This document shows, piece by piece, positions 37,801-45,509 of a stretch of 64,000 nucleotides of DNA. The notes beneath the pieces were generated by a model. It worked only from the letters and a program-made list of their open reading frames with translations, ran no database searches and was not told where the DNA came from. How positions within the stretch are numbered: the stretch's first letter is position 1; every line of letters starts with the position of its first letter. Source of the DNA: Candidatus Bathyarchaeota archaeon (GTDB lineage: Archaea > Thermoproteota > CALKCG01 > B24); NCBI GenBank assembly GCA_018396755.1, contig JAGTQM010000005.1, forward strand, positions 23,620 to 87,619, written 5' to 3'. The translations under genes and the position numbers were made by a program.

Positions 37801-38888
37801 AATATCCCCAGACGAAGTAGAAGTATTGTCAAGTCTTCTACGATCCTCTTATGCTTCTGACTTAAGTATACTCCACTACTTTCCACCCACCCATCTCCAT
37901 CGAAGAAGGCCCTGAGATAATGTTTAACCATGGAGGTAGGTAGTCTAAATATTATATCGGGAGCCTTCTCCTTCGTGAACCTTCCGAAAAGCTTATTCAT
38001 GAAAAACTCATAGTGAGCTGCTTTTGGAATGTAGTAGTCAAATTTAGTATTTTTAACCTTTACAACATTCAGTCCAAATACTTTTTCAATAAGCTGCTTA
38101 AACCGATCGACTATTATGTAGTCGCTGTTGATGAAACGTCTCCAGCTACTCCCCTCAGACTGAAGATAGCCAACTATCTCCAAGAGTTCTTCAGACAATC
38201 TCCATACTGGTTTCATGGGATGGGAATATGAGCCACCATCTATCTTCCGACCGTAGTAAAGGGTCAGTGCCTTGAGACATTTCTTCAAAACCTCATAATC
38301 CTCAGGTTTTATCGATTTTAAAAATACCTCCTCACCATATTTCTCTGACAAAGGAGGCTCTAATTTACATACAAGTCTATCCTCTAAATCCTTCATGAGC
38401 GTTATCAAATCTATGTCGAGCTCTTGATTCGCTTCTAACGCATCGGGTATTCTCCGTGCAACTAATATTTTATCCCCCCTCTTGATGTCGCATGCCTTCT
38501 TCCAGACTATAGTATGATTATCAAAGACTGGGAAGAAGTGTTCAGGAGTACACTTAACTTCTCTCCCGCTCCTCGTCTTCAACTCTATGAGTTTTTCAGC
38601 CTCTCCAAGATAGACATACGAGTAATTTCCTTTCACAACCCTGCCGATGGATGATGGGGCAAATATCTCCTCTCCCATTTCCATTTCTACTATACGTTTG
38701 GGTCCTGAAGCCGTTAAAACCGTCGTATCTATGGAGACACATTTACCTGTTCCAGGTGGACCTGCAAAAAGGCAATGAGGCATAGACTTTGTTTCAACGA
38801 ATCTTCTCAATCTTTCCACTATATCCTTCTGATTAACCATGTCTTTTAGGCTTCTAGGCCGGTACTTCTCACTCCATAGCTCGCTCAC
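34821..38888 (-). CDS. rfcS: Replication factor C small subunit precursor containing two inteins (mature extein about 319 aa)
   Basis: Extein pieces are WSEKYRPRSL..GPPGTGK | TTAALCLA..LDEADHL | TSDAQHALRRTMEKY..SRC. Both inserts begin with Cys and end with HN followed by Thr. Confidence 0.95.
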   Translation of the reverse strand: MSELWSEKYRPRSLKDMVNQKDIVERLRRFVETKSMPHCLFAGPPGTGKCVSIDTTVLTASGPKRIVEMEMGEEIFAPSSIGRVVKGNYSYVYLGEAEKLIELKTRSGREVKCTPEHFFPVFDNHTIVWKKACDIKRGDKILVARRIPDALEANQELDIDLITLMKDLEDRLVCKLEPPLSEKYGEEVFLKSIKPEDYEVLKKCLKALTLYYGRKIDGGSYSHPMKPVWRLSEELLEIVGYLQSEGSSWRRFINSDYIIVDRFKQLIEKVFGLNVVKVKNTKFDYYIPKAAHYEFFMNKLFGRFTKEKAPDIIFRLPTSMVKHYLRAFFDGDGWVESSGVYLSQKHKRIVEDLTILLLRLGIFARIRDGNGQTKLCICDRESKKRFVELIGFTNQNKLRRLNLHTNGYEDIIRLDLSEYARWIVPTSMRFAHAKNRHYSKWYVRNRLKACIRVDELISELHMQRKSLNSIKMELEDFLKTATLDFIFRMEEKLRKVEGKGRKLHLLSSTAKKIDDDHHVLSVSKRKTLDVYPHLKELAKQAIKYLRVKEAKIGSFPNANSTRLPYMVKYVRNLSNAIDERLRILCDLEEKLAEIASILVSDFIYDEVVDVKETAGKFPVADLVAATNHSFLLSNGVVAHNTTAALCLAGDLFGKFLMDSFMELNASDERGINVIRDTVKRFARSKSLLDVPFKILVLDEADHLCLSPDTEVIVGKLNDLRVSTLRKLMEEYGTEEFDLPSLNFTTLKPDDDKGRVVDSGVADLYEIILEDGRSILASSEHPFFKIEGRSVEVVKTKDLKPGITLIADFSDRFLKCYNCGRIFYRPYPSWIFYELHFCSLSCRNEYLGKISRGRSLEERRKIALRGASALKERGVYQSEDYRRKRSEIAKRLLKKGKIRLSSMAKLYPEGYWKDRKLSLEHRIAIGRGVRERFERDRSIRERISHNVKISLTKSEKYRKLVESGFFKRVSYKAWRRSAEAWRKRGFRSRLEEDMAKYLREWGIPYRREYIYVRRNGNRGFATSIDFVIGDKVALLMNGCWWHVCPVCGLTPKYERQKANMVKDQLLLEELEKRNFKTVIVWEHELRNTQLLEDVRNRIYEAVGISGHGIPKIKHVKVKNVKHAGRYKVLNISTRKNKNFFLANGILTHNTSDAQHALRRTMEKYTDTCRFILSCNYSSRIIEPIQSRCAIFRFAPLPRVDTVDFLKRIAKSEDVPFSEDGVDAIAEIAAGDLRRAINLLQAASATGESVTSDVVYRVIGLVHPKRISDLLDISIKGDLIEAREELRKMLYMEGYSGSDIVKQIHSQVFKLDVPEPVKLKIIELVGEADFRIDQGADEEVQIMALLAKIKLAALKGG
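35445..36779 (-). mobile_element. Intein 2 (445 aa) in the RFC-S DEAD(Walker B)/sensor region, carrying a zinc ribbon and a Vsr-like PD-(D/E)xK endonuclease core
   Basis: Junctions are DEADHL|CLSPDTEV and ILTHN|TSDAQ. The zinc ribbon is CYNCG...CSLSC. The segment 35631..35930 encodes SIDFVIGDKVALLMNGCWWHVC...ANMVKDQ...KTVIVWEHEL, which is colinear with Vsr (PDFVV...HGCFWH...N..RD...VLIVWE). Confidence 0.85.
36969..38741 (-). mobile_element. Intein 1 (591 aa) in the RFC-S P-loop, with a LAGLIDADG homing endonuclease domain
   Basis: Junctions are GTGK|CVSIDT and VVAHN|TTAAL. LAGLIDADG-type motifs are LLEIVGYLQSEGS and YLRAFFDGDGWV. Confidence 0.9.
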
Positions 38889-39135
38889 TGAAAAGACACC
38901 AATATCGGTTTATAGAAAATAGTAGAGTTAAACCTTGCTATCACAGTAGTAGAAAATATCGCCAGTCAACCTTTATCTCCACCTTGCATTTTTTTAAATG
39001 CTACCGTCCATTGCCACCTTCCAATTGCCATAGAAGAAATGTAAATCGTGAAGACGGCAGGAGAATTGTGAAGAAAACTTTACGTAATAGTCAAGATAGA
39101 TAAGTTTTTGACCCTTAATAGGAGAGGCGGTTTAC

Positions 39136-40137
39136 TTGAGGGATAAGCCTCGAATCTACGTAACATCAGGTTCCTTCGGATCATTAACGCCAGATATTTT
39201 TAAACGTTTAAACGAGATTGCCGAAGTTACTGTCAACAGAGGGAAGCTTCAAACTGAAACTCTTCAAAGCGTTTTAAGAGAATACGACGGTGTAGTTTTG
39301 GGGACGGATAAGATAACAAGGGAAGTTTTAACTGGAGACCTTAGAGTTCGCATAATAGCCAGGCACGGCGTTGGCGTGGATAATATAGATTTACAGGCGG
39401 CTACGGAGAAACGTATAGTCGTCACGTATACTCCAAGTGCCAACGCTGAAAGCGTAGCAGAGTATACGGTTGGGTTTATGCTCACGCTCAGTAGGCGTAT
39501 AGTGGATGCGCATATGCTTATGAAGTCTGGTGGATGGGCTAGGCTTGAACTCATCGGTTTTGATTTTAAAGGTAAAACTCTAGGTATAATAGGTTTAGGT
39601 AGTATAGGGAGTAGAGTCGCTGAGATAGCTAAGGCTTTTGGAATGCGCATATTAGCATACGACCCGTTTGTCGATAGAGATAAAGCCGATAGGCTTGGTG
39701 TAGAGCTCACAAGCTTAGAAGCTGTTTTAAAAGAGTCTGATTTTGTTTCTGTTCATGCTTCTTTGACTTCTGAGACTAGGGGTTTGATTGGTGAGCGTGA
39801 GTTTAGGCTTATGAAGTCTACGGCTTTCCTGATTAATACTGCTAGAGGTGCTATTATTGATGAAAATGCCTTGATAAAGGCTTTAAAGGAGAAGTGGATC
39901 GCGGGAGCAGCATTAGACGTATACGCGGAAGAACCGCTACCGAGAGAACACCCACTGAGAAAAATGGAAAACACAATACTAACACCACACATAGCCTCGT
40001 ACACTTATGAGGCTATTAGGAAGACTGATGAAATGGTTTTAGAGTCCTTGGAAACGTTTTTCAAAGGTGGGAGGCCTAAGTGGATAGCTAACCCCGAAGT
40101 TTGGCATCTTATAGAACTTGAAAAGGCTAAATATTGA
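39136..40137 (+). CDS. D-isomer-specific 2-hydroxyacid dehydrogenase (phosphoglycerate dehydrogenase / glyoxylate reductase-like)
   Basis: GIIGLGSIGSRVA NAD motif, NTARG and TPHIAS catalytic His region. Confidence 0.85.
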   Translation: MRDKPRIYVTSGSFGSLTPDIFKRLNEIAEVTVNRGKLQTETLQSVLREYDGVVLGTDKITREVLTGDLRVRIIARHGVGVDNIDLQAATEKRIVVTYTPSANAESVAEYTVGFMLTLSRRIVDAHMLMKSGGWARLELIGFDFKGKTLGIIGLGSIGSRVAEIAKAFGMRILAYDPFVDRDKADRLGVELTSLEAVLKESDFVSVHASLTSETRGLIGEREFRLMKSTAFLINTARGAIIDENALIKALKEKWIAGAALDVYAEEPLPREHPLRKMENTILTPHIASYTYEAIRKTDEMVLESLETFFKGGRPKWIANPEVWHLIELEKAKY

Positions 40138-40188
40138 AGCGTGAAGTGATGAAATATTTTCAAAAAGAAACGTTTAAATTTTTGAAAA

Positions 40189-41367
40189 ATGTTAAAAACT
40201 TCTATGCTTGAGACTAAGGATTTCCAAGAAGTCTATCGAAGCTTAGACGTTAAAATCGTAGATTCAACCCTCCGTGAAGGTGAACAGGCTCCAGGTGTAG
40301 CCTTCACGGTTGAAGAAGCTTTAAAGATTGTTGAATTCGACTTAGATGTTGGAATAGACCTGATAGAGGTTTTCACACCGTACTCGGAGTATGAGCTTAA
40401 ACTTGTAAACGCTCTTAGAAGAGAAGGTTTATCATCCAGCTTGATCGTCTGGTCTAGGCTTAGAAATGAGGATTTTGAACTCGCTTTGAAAACAGAATCC
40501 AACTGGATCGCTGTATCGTTTGGAATCTCCGACAGCCATTTAAAGTATAAATTTAGTGGTTTAAGGAGAGAAGAGGCTTTAATGAGGGTTCTTGAAGCTA
40601 CAGACTACTTACACGGTCATGGCATTAAAGTTTCAATGCATTTAGAGGATTCCACTAGAGCAGATTTAGACTACATGGTTGAATTTCTGAAAAACGTAAA
40701 CGCTGAAAAGTTTAGAGACTGCGATACTTTAAGCGTACTCCTACCGCCTCTAGCATATGAGAGGATGCGTTTTCTAGTGAAGACCACGAATAAGCCTATT
40801 GAAACACACTACCATAACGATTTAGGCATGGCGGTCGGTAATACGATGTCGGCTGTTCTAGCCGGAGCCAGTTGGATATCGGCTACTTGGAATGGGCTTG
40901 GGGAGAGGGCTGGCAACGCCCCTATGGAGGAAGTTCTATTAACTTTGAAAACACGTTTAAACTTGGAGAAGTTCAACGTTAAACCTCTAAGGACCATATG
41001 TAGATTTGTAGCTGAAGCCTCTGGAAGTCCTATAAGCCGTAATAAGCCTGTAGCAGGTTCAGACATATTCACAGTTGAATCCGGTATACATCAAGATGGG
41101 CTGCTCAAGGATAGATGCATCTACGAGCCATATCCGCCTGAAATCCTAGGTGAATCTTGGAAGATCGTGGTTGGAGATAGTTCAGGTAGAGCTGGGCTTG
41201 CCCACGTCCTCAACCATGAAATGGGATACCATGTCTCCGAAGATCCGGATAAGCTTACTGAAATACTCATGTATGCTAGAGGTATGGCTAGAGCGAGGAA
41301 ACGGTATCTTTCACGAGAAGAACTCGAAGAACTTGCAGAAAGATTTTCCCTCGAAAAGAGCATTTAA
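40189..41367 (+). CDS. HMGL-family synthase (homocitrate / citramalate / 2-isopropylmalate synthase-like)
   Basis: DSTLREGEQAPGV, HYHNDLGMAVGN and GLGERAGNAP motifs. At 392 aa it lacks a LeuA-type regulatory domain. Confidence 0.8.
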   Translation: MLKTSMLETKDFQEVYRSLDVKIVDSTLREGEQAPGVAFTVEEALKIVEFDLDVGIDLIEVFTPYSEYELKLVNALRREGLSSSLIVWSRLRNEDFELALKTESNWIAVSFGISDSHLKYKFSGLRREEALMRVLEATDYLHGHGIKVSMHLEDSTRADLDYMVEFLKNVNAEKFRDCDTLSVLLPPLAYERMRFLVKTTNKPIETHYHNDLGMAVGNTMSAVLAGASWISATWNGLGERAGNAPMEEVLLTLKTRLNLEKFNVKPLRTICRFVAEASGSPISRNKPVAGSDIFTVESGIHQDGLLKDRCIYEPYPPEILGESWKIVVGDSSGRAGLAHVLNHEMGYHVSEDPDKLTEILMYARGMARARKRYLSREELEELAERFSLEKSI

Positions 41368-41441
41368 AATAAAGGTATAAGCCTATCTTGAAGGAGCTTC
41401 TTCAAGCAAACACATATATTCTATCTAACTGACATAGTATT

Positions 41442-41690
41442 TTGAGGTTGATAGGTATGCCGTCTGCATGCGTCCTCATAAGAGCTTCGGCTGGCCGGTA
41501 TAAGGAGGTGTTTGAAGCCGTTAGAAACCTTAAAGGTGTTGTTAAGATTTTCCCAGTTTTAGGAAGATTTGATATAGTTGTAGACGTTGAAGCTGAAAGC
41601 TATAGCGATCTGGCCTCCCTCGTTAGACGTATTGGACGTATTGGAGGCGTTGCTTTCACGGAAACCCTCGTTGAAATGGAGGTGGTTTAA
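41442..41690 (+). CDS. Stand-alone Lrp/AsnC-type ligand-binding (RAM) domain protein
   Basis: 82 aa. ACVLIRA..G...EV.EAVRNLKGVVKIFPVLGRFDIVVDVEA is the RAM-domain pattern, and there is no HTH. Confidence 0.65.
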   Translation: MRLIGMPSACVLIRASAGRYKEVFEAVRNLKGVVKIFPVLGRFDIVVDVEAESYSDLASLVRRIGRIGGVAFTETLVEMEVV

Positions 41691-41692
41691 GC

Positions 41693-41917
41693 TTGGTGAA
41701 CGCCTGTATACTGATAAAAGTCGTACCGGTAAGGTTGAATAGGGTTCTTGAAGAGCTTAGGAAGATACAAGGCGTTGTTAAAGTTTATCCAACATATGGA
41801 AGGTTTGACGTAGTCTGCCTCGTAGAGGGTTCAAAAAACGAGGACATAGCTGAAATATCCGCCCTGATAAATAGGCTTGAAGGAGTTAGAAGCACTGAAA
41901 CCCTTATAGAAGCGTAA
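41693..41917 (+). CDS. Stand-alone Lrp/AsnC-type ligand-binding (RAM) domain protein (paralog)
   Basis: 74 aa with ACILIKV....VLEELRKIQGVVKVYPTYGRFDVVCLVEG. It starts 2 nt after the preceding stop. Confidence 0.65.
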   Translation: MVNACILIKVVPVRLNRVLEELRKIQGVVKVYPTYGRFDVVCLVEGSKNEDIAEISALINRLEGVRSTETLIEA

Positions 41918-41952
41918 AGCTTAAGAACACTTTCAACGTAGATTTCTACCGT

Positions 41953-42315
41953 ATGGCTAGCTACTACTTTCCATACGTTAAAGGAAGTATGGAAAACGTA
42001 GACTTAGACAAAGACGGCGTTAAAGAAACTTTAACGTTGAAGTTTCAGAATAGAGTAGGCTCCGGATCAGCATCAGTAGACATAGAAGTATACGTAGACG
42101 GTGTAAACTACACGGATAAAGCCTCCATAAAAATAGCCGATGAAGCAGCTCGACCTGTAAAACCGGGCATGTACGTAACATCATACTATGGAGATGAAGT
42201 ACAGGTAATGGTAAACCACGGCGGTAAAATAGGAGCAGGCAAACACCAAGTAAACCTAAAACTTAGAGTAGACTGGGAAACCTACGAAACAACAGTAGAA
42301 GACGAGACAAAATAA
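41953..42315 (+). CDS. Hypothetical protein
   Basis: 120-aa ORF with a beta-rich composition. I recognise no family. Confidence 0.4.
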   Translation: MASYYFPYVKGSMENVDLDKDGVKETLTLKFQNRVGSGSASVDIEVYVDGVNYTDKASIKIADEAARPVKPGMYVTSYYGDEVQVMVNHGGKIGAGKHQVNLKLRVDWETYETTVEDETK

Positions 42316-42387
42316 CCACCCTTCCCTTTTTCACAACTCTCTTCCTATAAATAATGGGGGGAACTTTTTCAAAGGATCTTAGAGCGA

Positions 42388-43457
42388 TTAGATGATTCTT
42401 TTAAACTTATCCGGTAATGATAGAAGACCTAACTCTCTCACTTTTTTAAGAGATGTTTGATTGGATATCATTATTTTCCATGTAATGGATAGAGAATTTT
42501 TATTTACATTGAAATGTGTTGGAGCAACTTTATGTTTTATAGATAAACGGTCTAAAAGCTTTGATAAATCGAAAATTATATTCGACTTGGGGAGCTCTAT
42601 TTGAGGGAAAAATTGTAGAAGCCTTTTTACACCTATTGAACGTTTAATTCCGAATATTTCATGGATTTGTTCAATTGGAGCATTATAAACTCTGACGGCC
42701 ACTCCAACTTCTAGTATCTTCTTTGAAGCATACGCCTCATCGTCGAAAAATCCTAGTACGGCAGATTTTACTACAGATAACTCTTCACTTTCCATTATAA
42801 AATGGGGAATATGTGGATTTGTTATACTTTTAGGGCCTGAAGGTATTCCAAGCTTATTAAGCACGTGACCACATATTCTTGTGAGATTTGTACGGAAATA
42901 GTTCTTCTTACGATAGATTTTGGGTTTAAAACCGAAGAGCTCTTCTACTAACTTGTGGAATCTAATATGGTTTTCAAATTCTGAAGCCAAATATGCGGGT
43001 GTATTTCTAACCGTACCATCTCCTAGCATTCTCATAACGAATTCCGCTAAAAGCTCAGGCTTCTCTCTTAACAATATATCAACTGTAGAGGCTACAAAAC
43101 CGACTGTATTTTCCCGTCTGACAATAAGACTCCTCTCAGCCATTACTCTCGCTTTATCACTAGTTAGCTTGAGAATTCCCCCTTGCTTTACTAATTAAAC
43201 CGCCCTTCTTCTGACCCCAGTGAGGATCGAGAAGTTCCCTATAAGGGAACGACTTCTCAAGATAGAATTCAATCTTCCTATATATGCTTAATGGCAATGT
43301 TCCACCTTTCTTATAGTAAATGATGGTAGATTTTTCCTACACCAAGCATCTTAGCTAACCTATCATAAGAAACATGGAGTCTTTCCTTCACAGACGATAT
43401 TAAGAGATTTGTATCACAAACCACCTTGGGCTCTAATATACGTTGCCCTCTTCTCAT
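42388..43457 (-). pseudogene. HTH plus LAGLIDADG-like domain gene disrupted by two frameshifts
   Basis: The intact 3' ORF 42388..43143 carries LGDGTV and LGFFDDEAYAS motifs. Its upstream continuation is in two other frames: MRRGQRILEPKVVCDTNLLISSVKERLHVSYDRLAKMLGVGK.. from ATG 43457, then ..IYRKIEFYLEKSFPYRELLDPHWGQKKGG. Confidence 0.5.
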
Positions 43458-43510
43458 ATCCAGTTTGCATATGATAATTCTGATACTTAAACGAAACTAA
43501 ATGACTAAAC

Positions 43511-43519
43511 TTTTTAAAG
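43511..43519 (+). promoter_or_regulatory. TATA-box-like element upstream of the tRNA-Glu locus
   Basis: tttttaaag is centred about 27 nt upstream of 43542, the first gctccgg copy. A second AT-rich box, atttaaat at 43528-43535, lies about 35 nt upstream of the tRNA 5' end at 43567. Confidence 0.3.
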
Positions 43520-43541
43520 AACATTTTATTTAAATTAAAAT

Positions 43542-43566
43542 GCTCCGGAAGGAGCACTTGGTCCAG
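43542..43566 (+). repeat. Degenerate partial copy of the tRNA-Glu 5' portion, directly abutting the gene
   Basis: gctccgg-aagg-agcacttggtccag. The first 7 nt are identical to the acceptor 5' strand. The tail resembles the D loop agcctggtcaag. gctcc-ggaa-ggagc-a can fold as an acceptor-like minihelix followed by actt, as found at the real 3' end. Confidence 0.6.
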
Positions 43567-43664
43567 GCTCCGGTCGAGAAGCGATATGCTTCGCCGAATA
43601 TAGCCTGGTCAAGTATTCCGGCCTTTCGAGCCGGAGGTCGCGGGTTCAAATCCCGCCCGGAGCA
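43567..43664 (+). tRNA. tRNA-Glu (TTC) with a 22-nt intron at a non-canonical D-arm position (intron about 43577..43598)
   Basis: Acceptor gctccgg/ccggagc plus discriminator a, anticodon stem ccggc/gccgg with loop ctTTCga, T arm gcggg-ttcaaat-cccgc. Between the acceptor stem and D loop sits a BHB-like fold: helix cggt/gccg, 3-nt bulge cga, hairpin gaagc-gatat-gcttc, second bulge aat. Splicing yields G10 and a gtat/gtat D stem. Confidence 0.85.
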
Positions 43665-44040
43665 CTTCACCATTGCTGGAATAGTGCTAGGTGAGGGACT
43701 TCACTGGCGACAATATATAAGGGGATATTTACCTTACTGAATTTTTATCCTCAAGAAAACGCTAAATCCTATAAGCTGCTTAAGAGGGTGAGTATAAGCT
43801 CCCATAATTAAGCCTAGGCGTAACGCTAGGGCTGACAGGGGTCCTCCAGAAAGGCGTAGGGCGTTAGGCTGGTTAAAAACGTTGGGAGATGGAAGATGGG
43901 TTGGGATTATGAGATACGGAAGGTGCTGGTCTGCTGAAATAGCATTCTCAACGTTTAAATTCAATCAATAATTAAGCCGTGAAACAAAAATAGCCAAAAT
44001 ATTAGAAGATTGCGTTACAAAGCAGAATACTTTAAGAACA

Positions 44041-45183
44041 TTAGTATGGAGCTTCAAATATTGTTGCGGCAATATAGCGAACGCCTCCTTCACATTTTAC
44101 AGAATCTTTGTCATTATTGAAGTAATAGACCGTTATAATTTTTCCATTTGGGAGAAGTATAGCCCTGGGGTAACCTAAATCTGGGCTTCCTCCATCATCG
44201 CGTAAAATAATTTCTCTACCCCATGTCATTCCCTCATCATTACTGATTTTTGCACGTATTCCATAAGGTGGCGTTCTACGTCCATATACGCATAAAAGTC
44301 GTCCATCTTTTAACACCACCAATGATGCTGGAGTCCCCCATTCATTAACTCTTGAAAGAAAACGCCATGTTAAACCGTTATCTTCTGAGATAAAAATTTC
44401 AGTCCATTGAAACCGCCAATCTGGCCATGCACTTCTTAAAGCAACCACGATTCTTCCATCCGGTAATATTGCAGGATACGGACAGATTTTTGGAGGATAC
44501 GTGGATTCTGGAGTTATATATGAAAGAAAGTTCCAAGATACGCCATCCATGCTTGCAAGAATCATTGGCCTCCCTTCATCTCTAACTTTATTGCTGTCTG
44601 ACAGCTCATCCCAGCGTCTTCCTTGAACAAACCAAAGTAACAATCCGTCTGAACGCAATACGTAAGACGGCCTAGCCTGAATTGTTTCAAATACTGGGTC
44701 GTATAGTAAATGCGGGCCTTCCCATGTATATCCTTTATCGCGTGTTAAAAAGTACGCTGTGGGTCCGCGTTCATTTCCCAGAGGAGTTTCCACCGCCATA
44801 ATAACATTTGGATCTGAGAAATTGACTGGTTGAGGCTTTGGAAGTGGGCTGGCATCTGGCGGGTAAAATAGGATTTTTGCACGTAATTCAGCCCTACTCT
44901 CTACAAGTATCTGAAGATTCTTAAGTGGCCATGTTCTTCCTCCATCTGTTGATCGCATTGTAACCAACTGTCCATTACCTAACTGTATTTGACTATGTCT
45001 AACATCTTTAGGTGATGTATATGAGCATTTATTGCGATTAAAACCGACAAGTAGCTCTCCATTTCCAAAATGCCAGAAACCACCATTAAAAGGCCATCCT
45101 GCATATTCGTTATTTTTTCGATAAACTATAACATGCTCGATGTCGTCAGGATATATGGTTTCTCTATTTCCACTACAAATCAT
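44041..45183 (-). CDS. BNR/Asp-box repeat beta-propeller protein (sialidase-like glycoside hydrolase fold)
   Basis: Asp-box motifs STDGGRTW, SEDNGLTW and SNDEGMTW; 380 aa. By eye it is more AT-rich than neighbouring genes. Confidence 0.7.
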   Translation of the reverse strand: MICSGNRETIYPDDIEHVIVYRKNNEYAGWPFNGGFWHFGNGELLVGFNRNKCSYTSPKDVRHSQIQLGNGQLVTMRSTDGGRTWPLKNLQILVESRAELRAKILFYPPDASPLPKPQPVNFSDPNVIMAVETPLGNERGPTAYFLTRDKGYTWEGPHLLYDPVFETIQARPSYVLRSDGLLLWFVQGRRWDELSDSNKVRDEGRPMILASMDGVSWNFLSYITPESTYPPKICPYPAILPDGRIVVALRSAWPDWRFQWTEIFISEDNGLTWRFLSRVNEWGTPASLVVLKDGRLLCVYGRRTPPYGIRAKISNDEGMTWGREIILRDDGGSPDLGYPRAILLPNGKIITVYYFNNDKDSVKCEGGVRYIAATIFEAPY

Positions 45184-45280
45184 ATTATATGAATCACCTT
45201 ACCAAATGGTAAGCGTTAAATTTCCATTTAATAAACCAACTTCTATTTAAGGTTTATTAACTGCTTACTTTACTTCTAAA

Positions 45281-45487
45281 GTGGATATGGAGAAAGCTGC
45301 AGTAAGTCTAGAAAGGATCAACTTAGATTACGATGAGGAAGCGGATGTGCTATACATAAGCTTCGGTGAGCCCAGAAAAGCTCAAGACAGTGTCGAAGTT
45401 GAGGATGGAATAATCTACCGCATAGCAGACAACGAGATAGTAGGAATAACCATAACACATTTTAAGGCTAGAACACTCAAAAAATAA
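45281..45487 (+). CDS. DUF2283-family small protein
   Basis: YDEEADVLYISFGE......DGIIYRI.DNEIVGITI is the characteristic pattern. Confidence 0.7.
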   Translation: MDMEKAAVSLERINLDYDEEADVLYISFGEPRKAQDSVEVEDGIIYRIADNEIVGITITHFKARTLKK

Positions 45488-45509
45488 TTTTTGGTAATTT
45501 CATACGCCG

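Noticed and set aside
43553-43688. Leader-trailer pairing (agcact 43553-58 with agtgct 43683-88) around tRNA-Glu, as a processing helix or as evidence for a permuted or split tRNA.
   Set aside because: Only 6 bp pair and no flanking BHB bulges are present. The gene is colinear and complete once the D-arm intron is removed.
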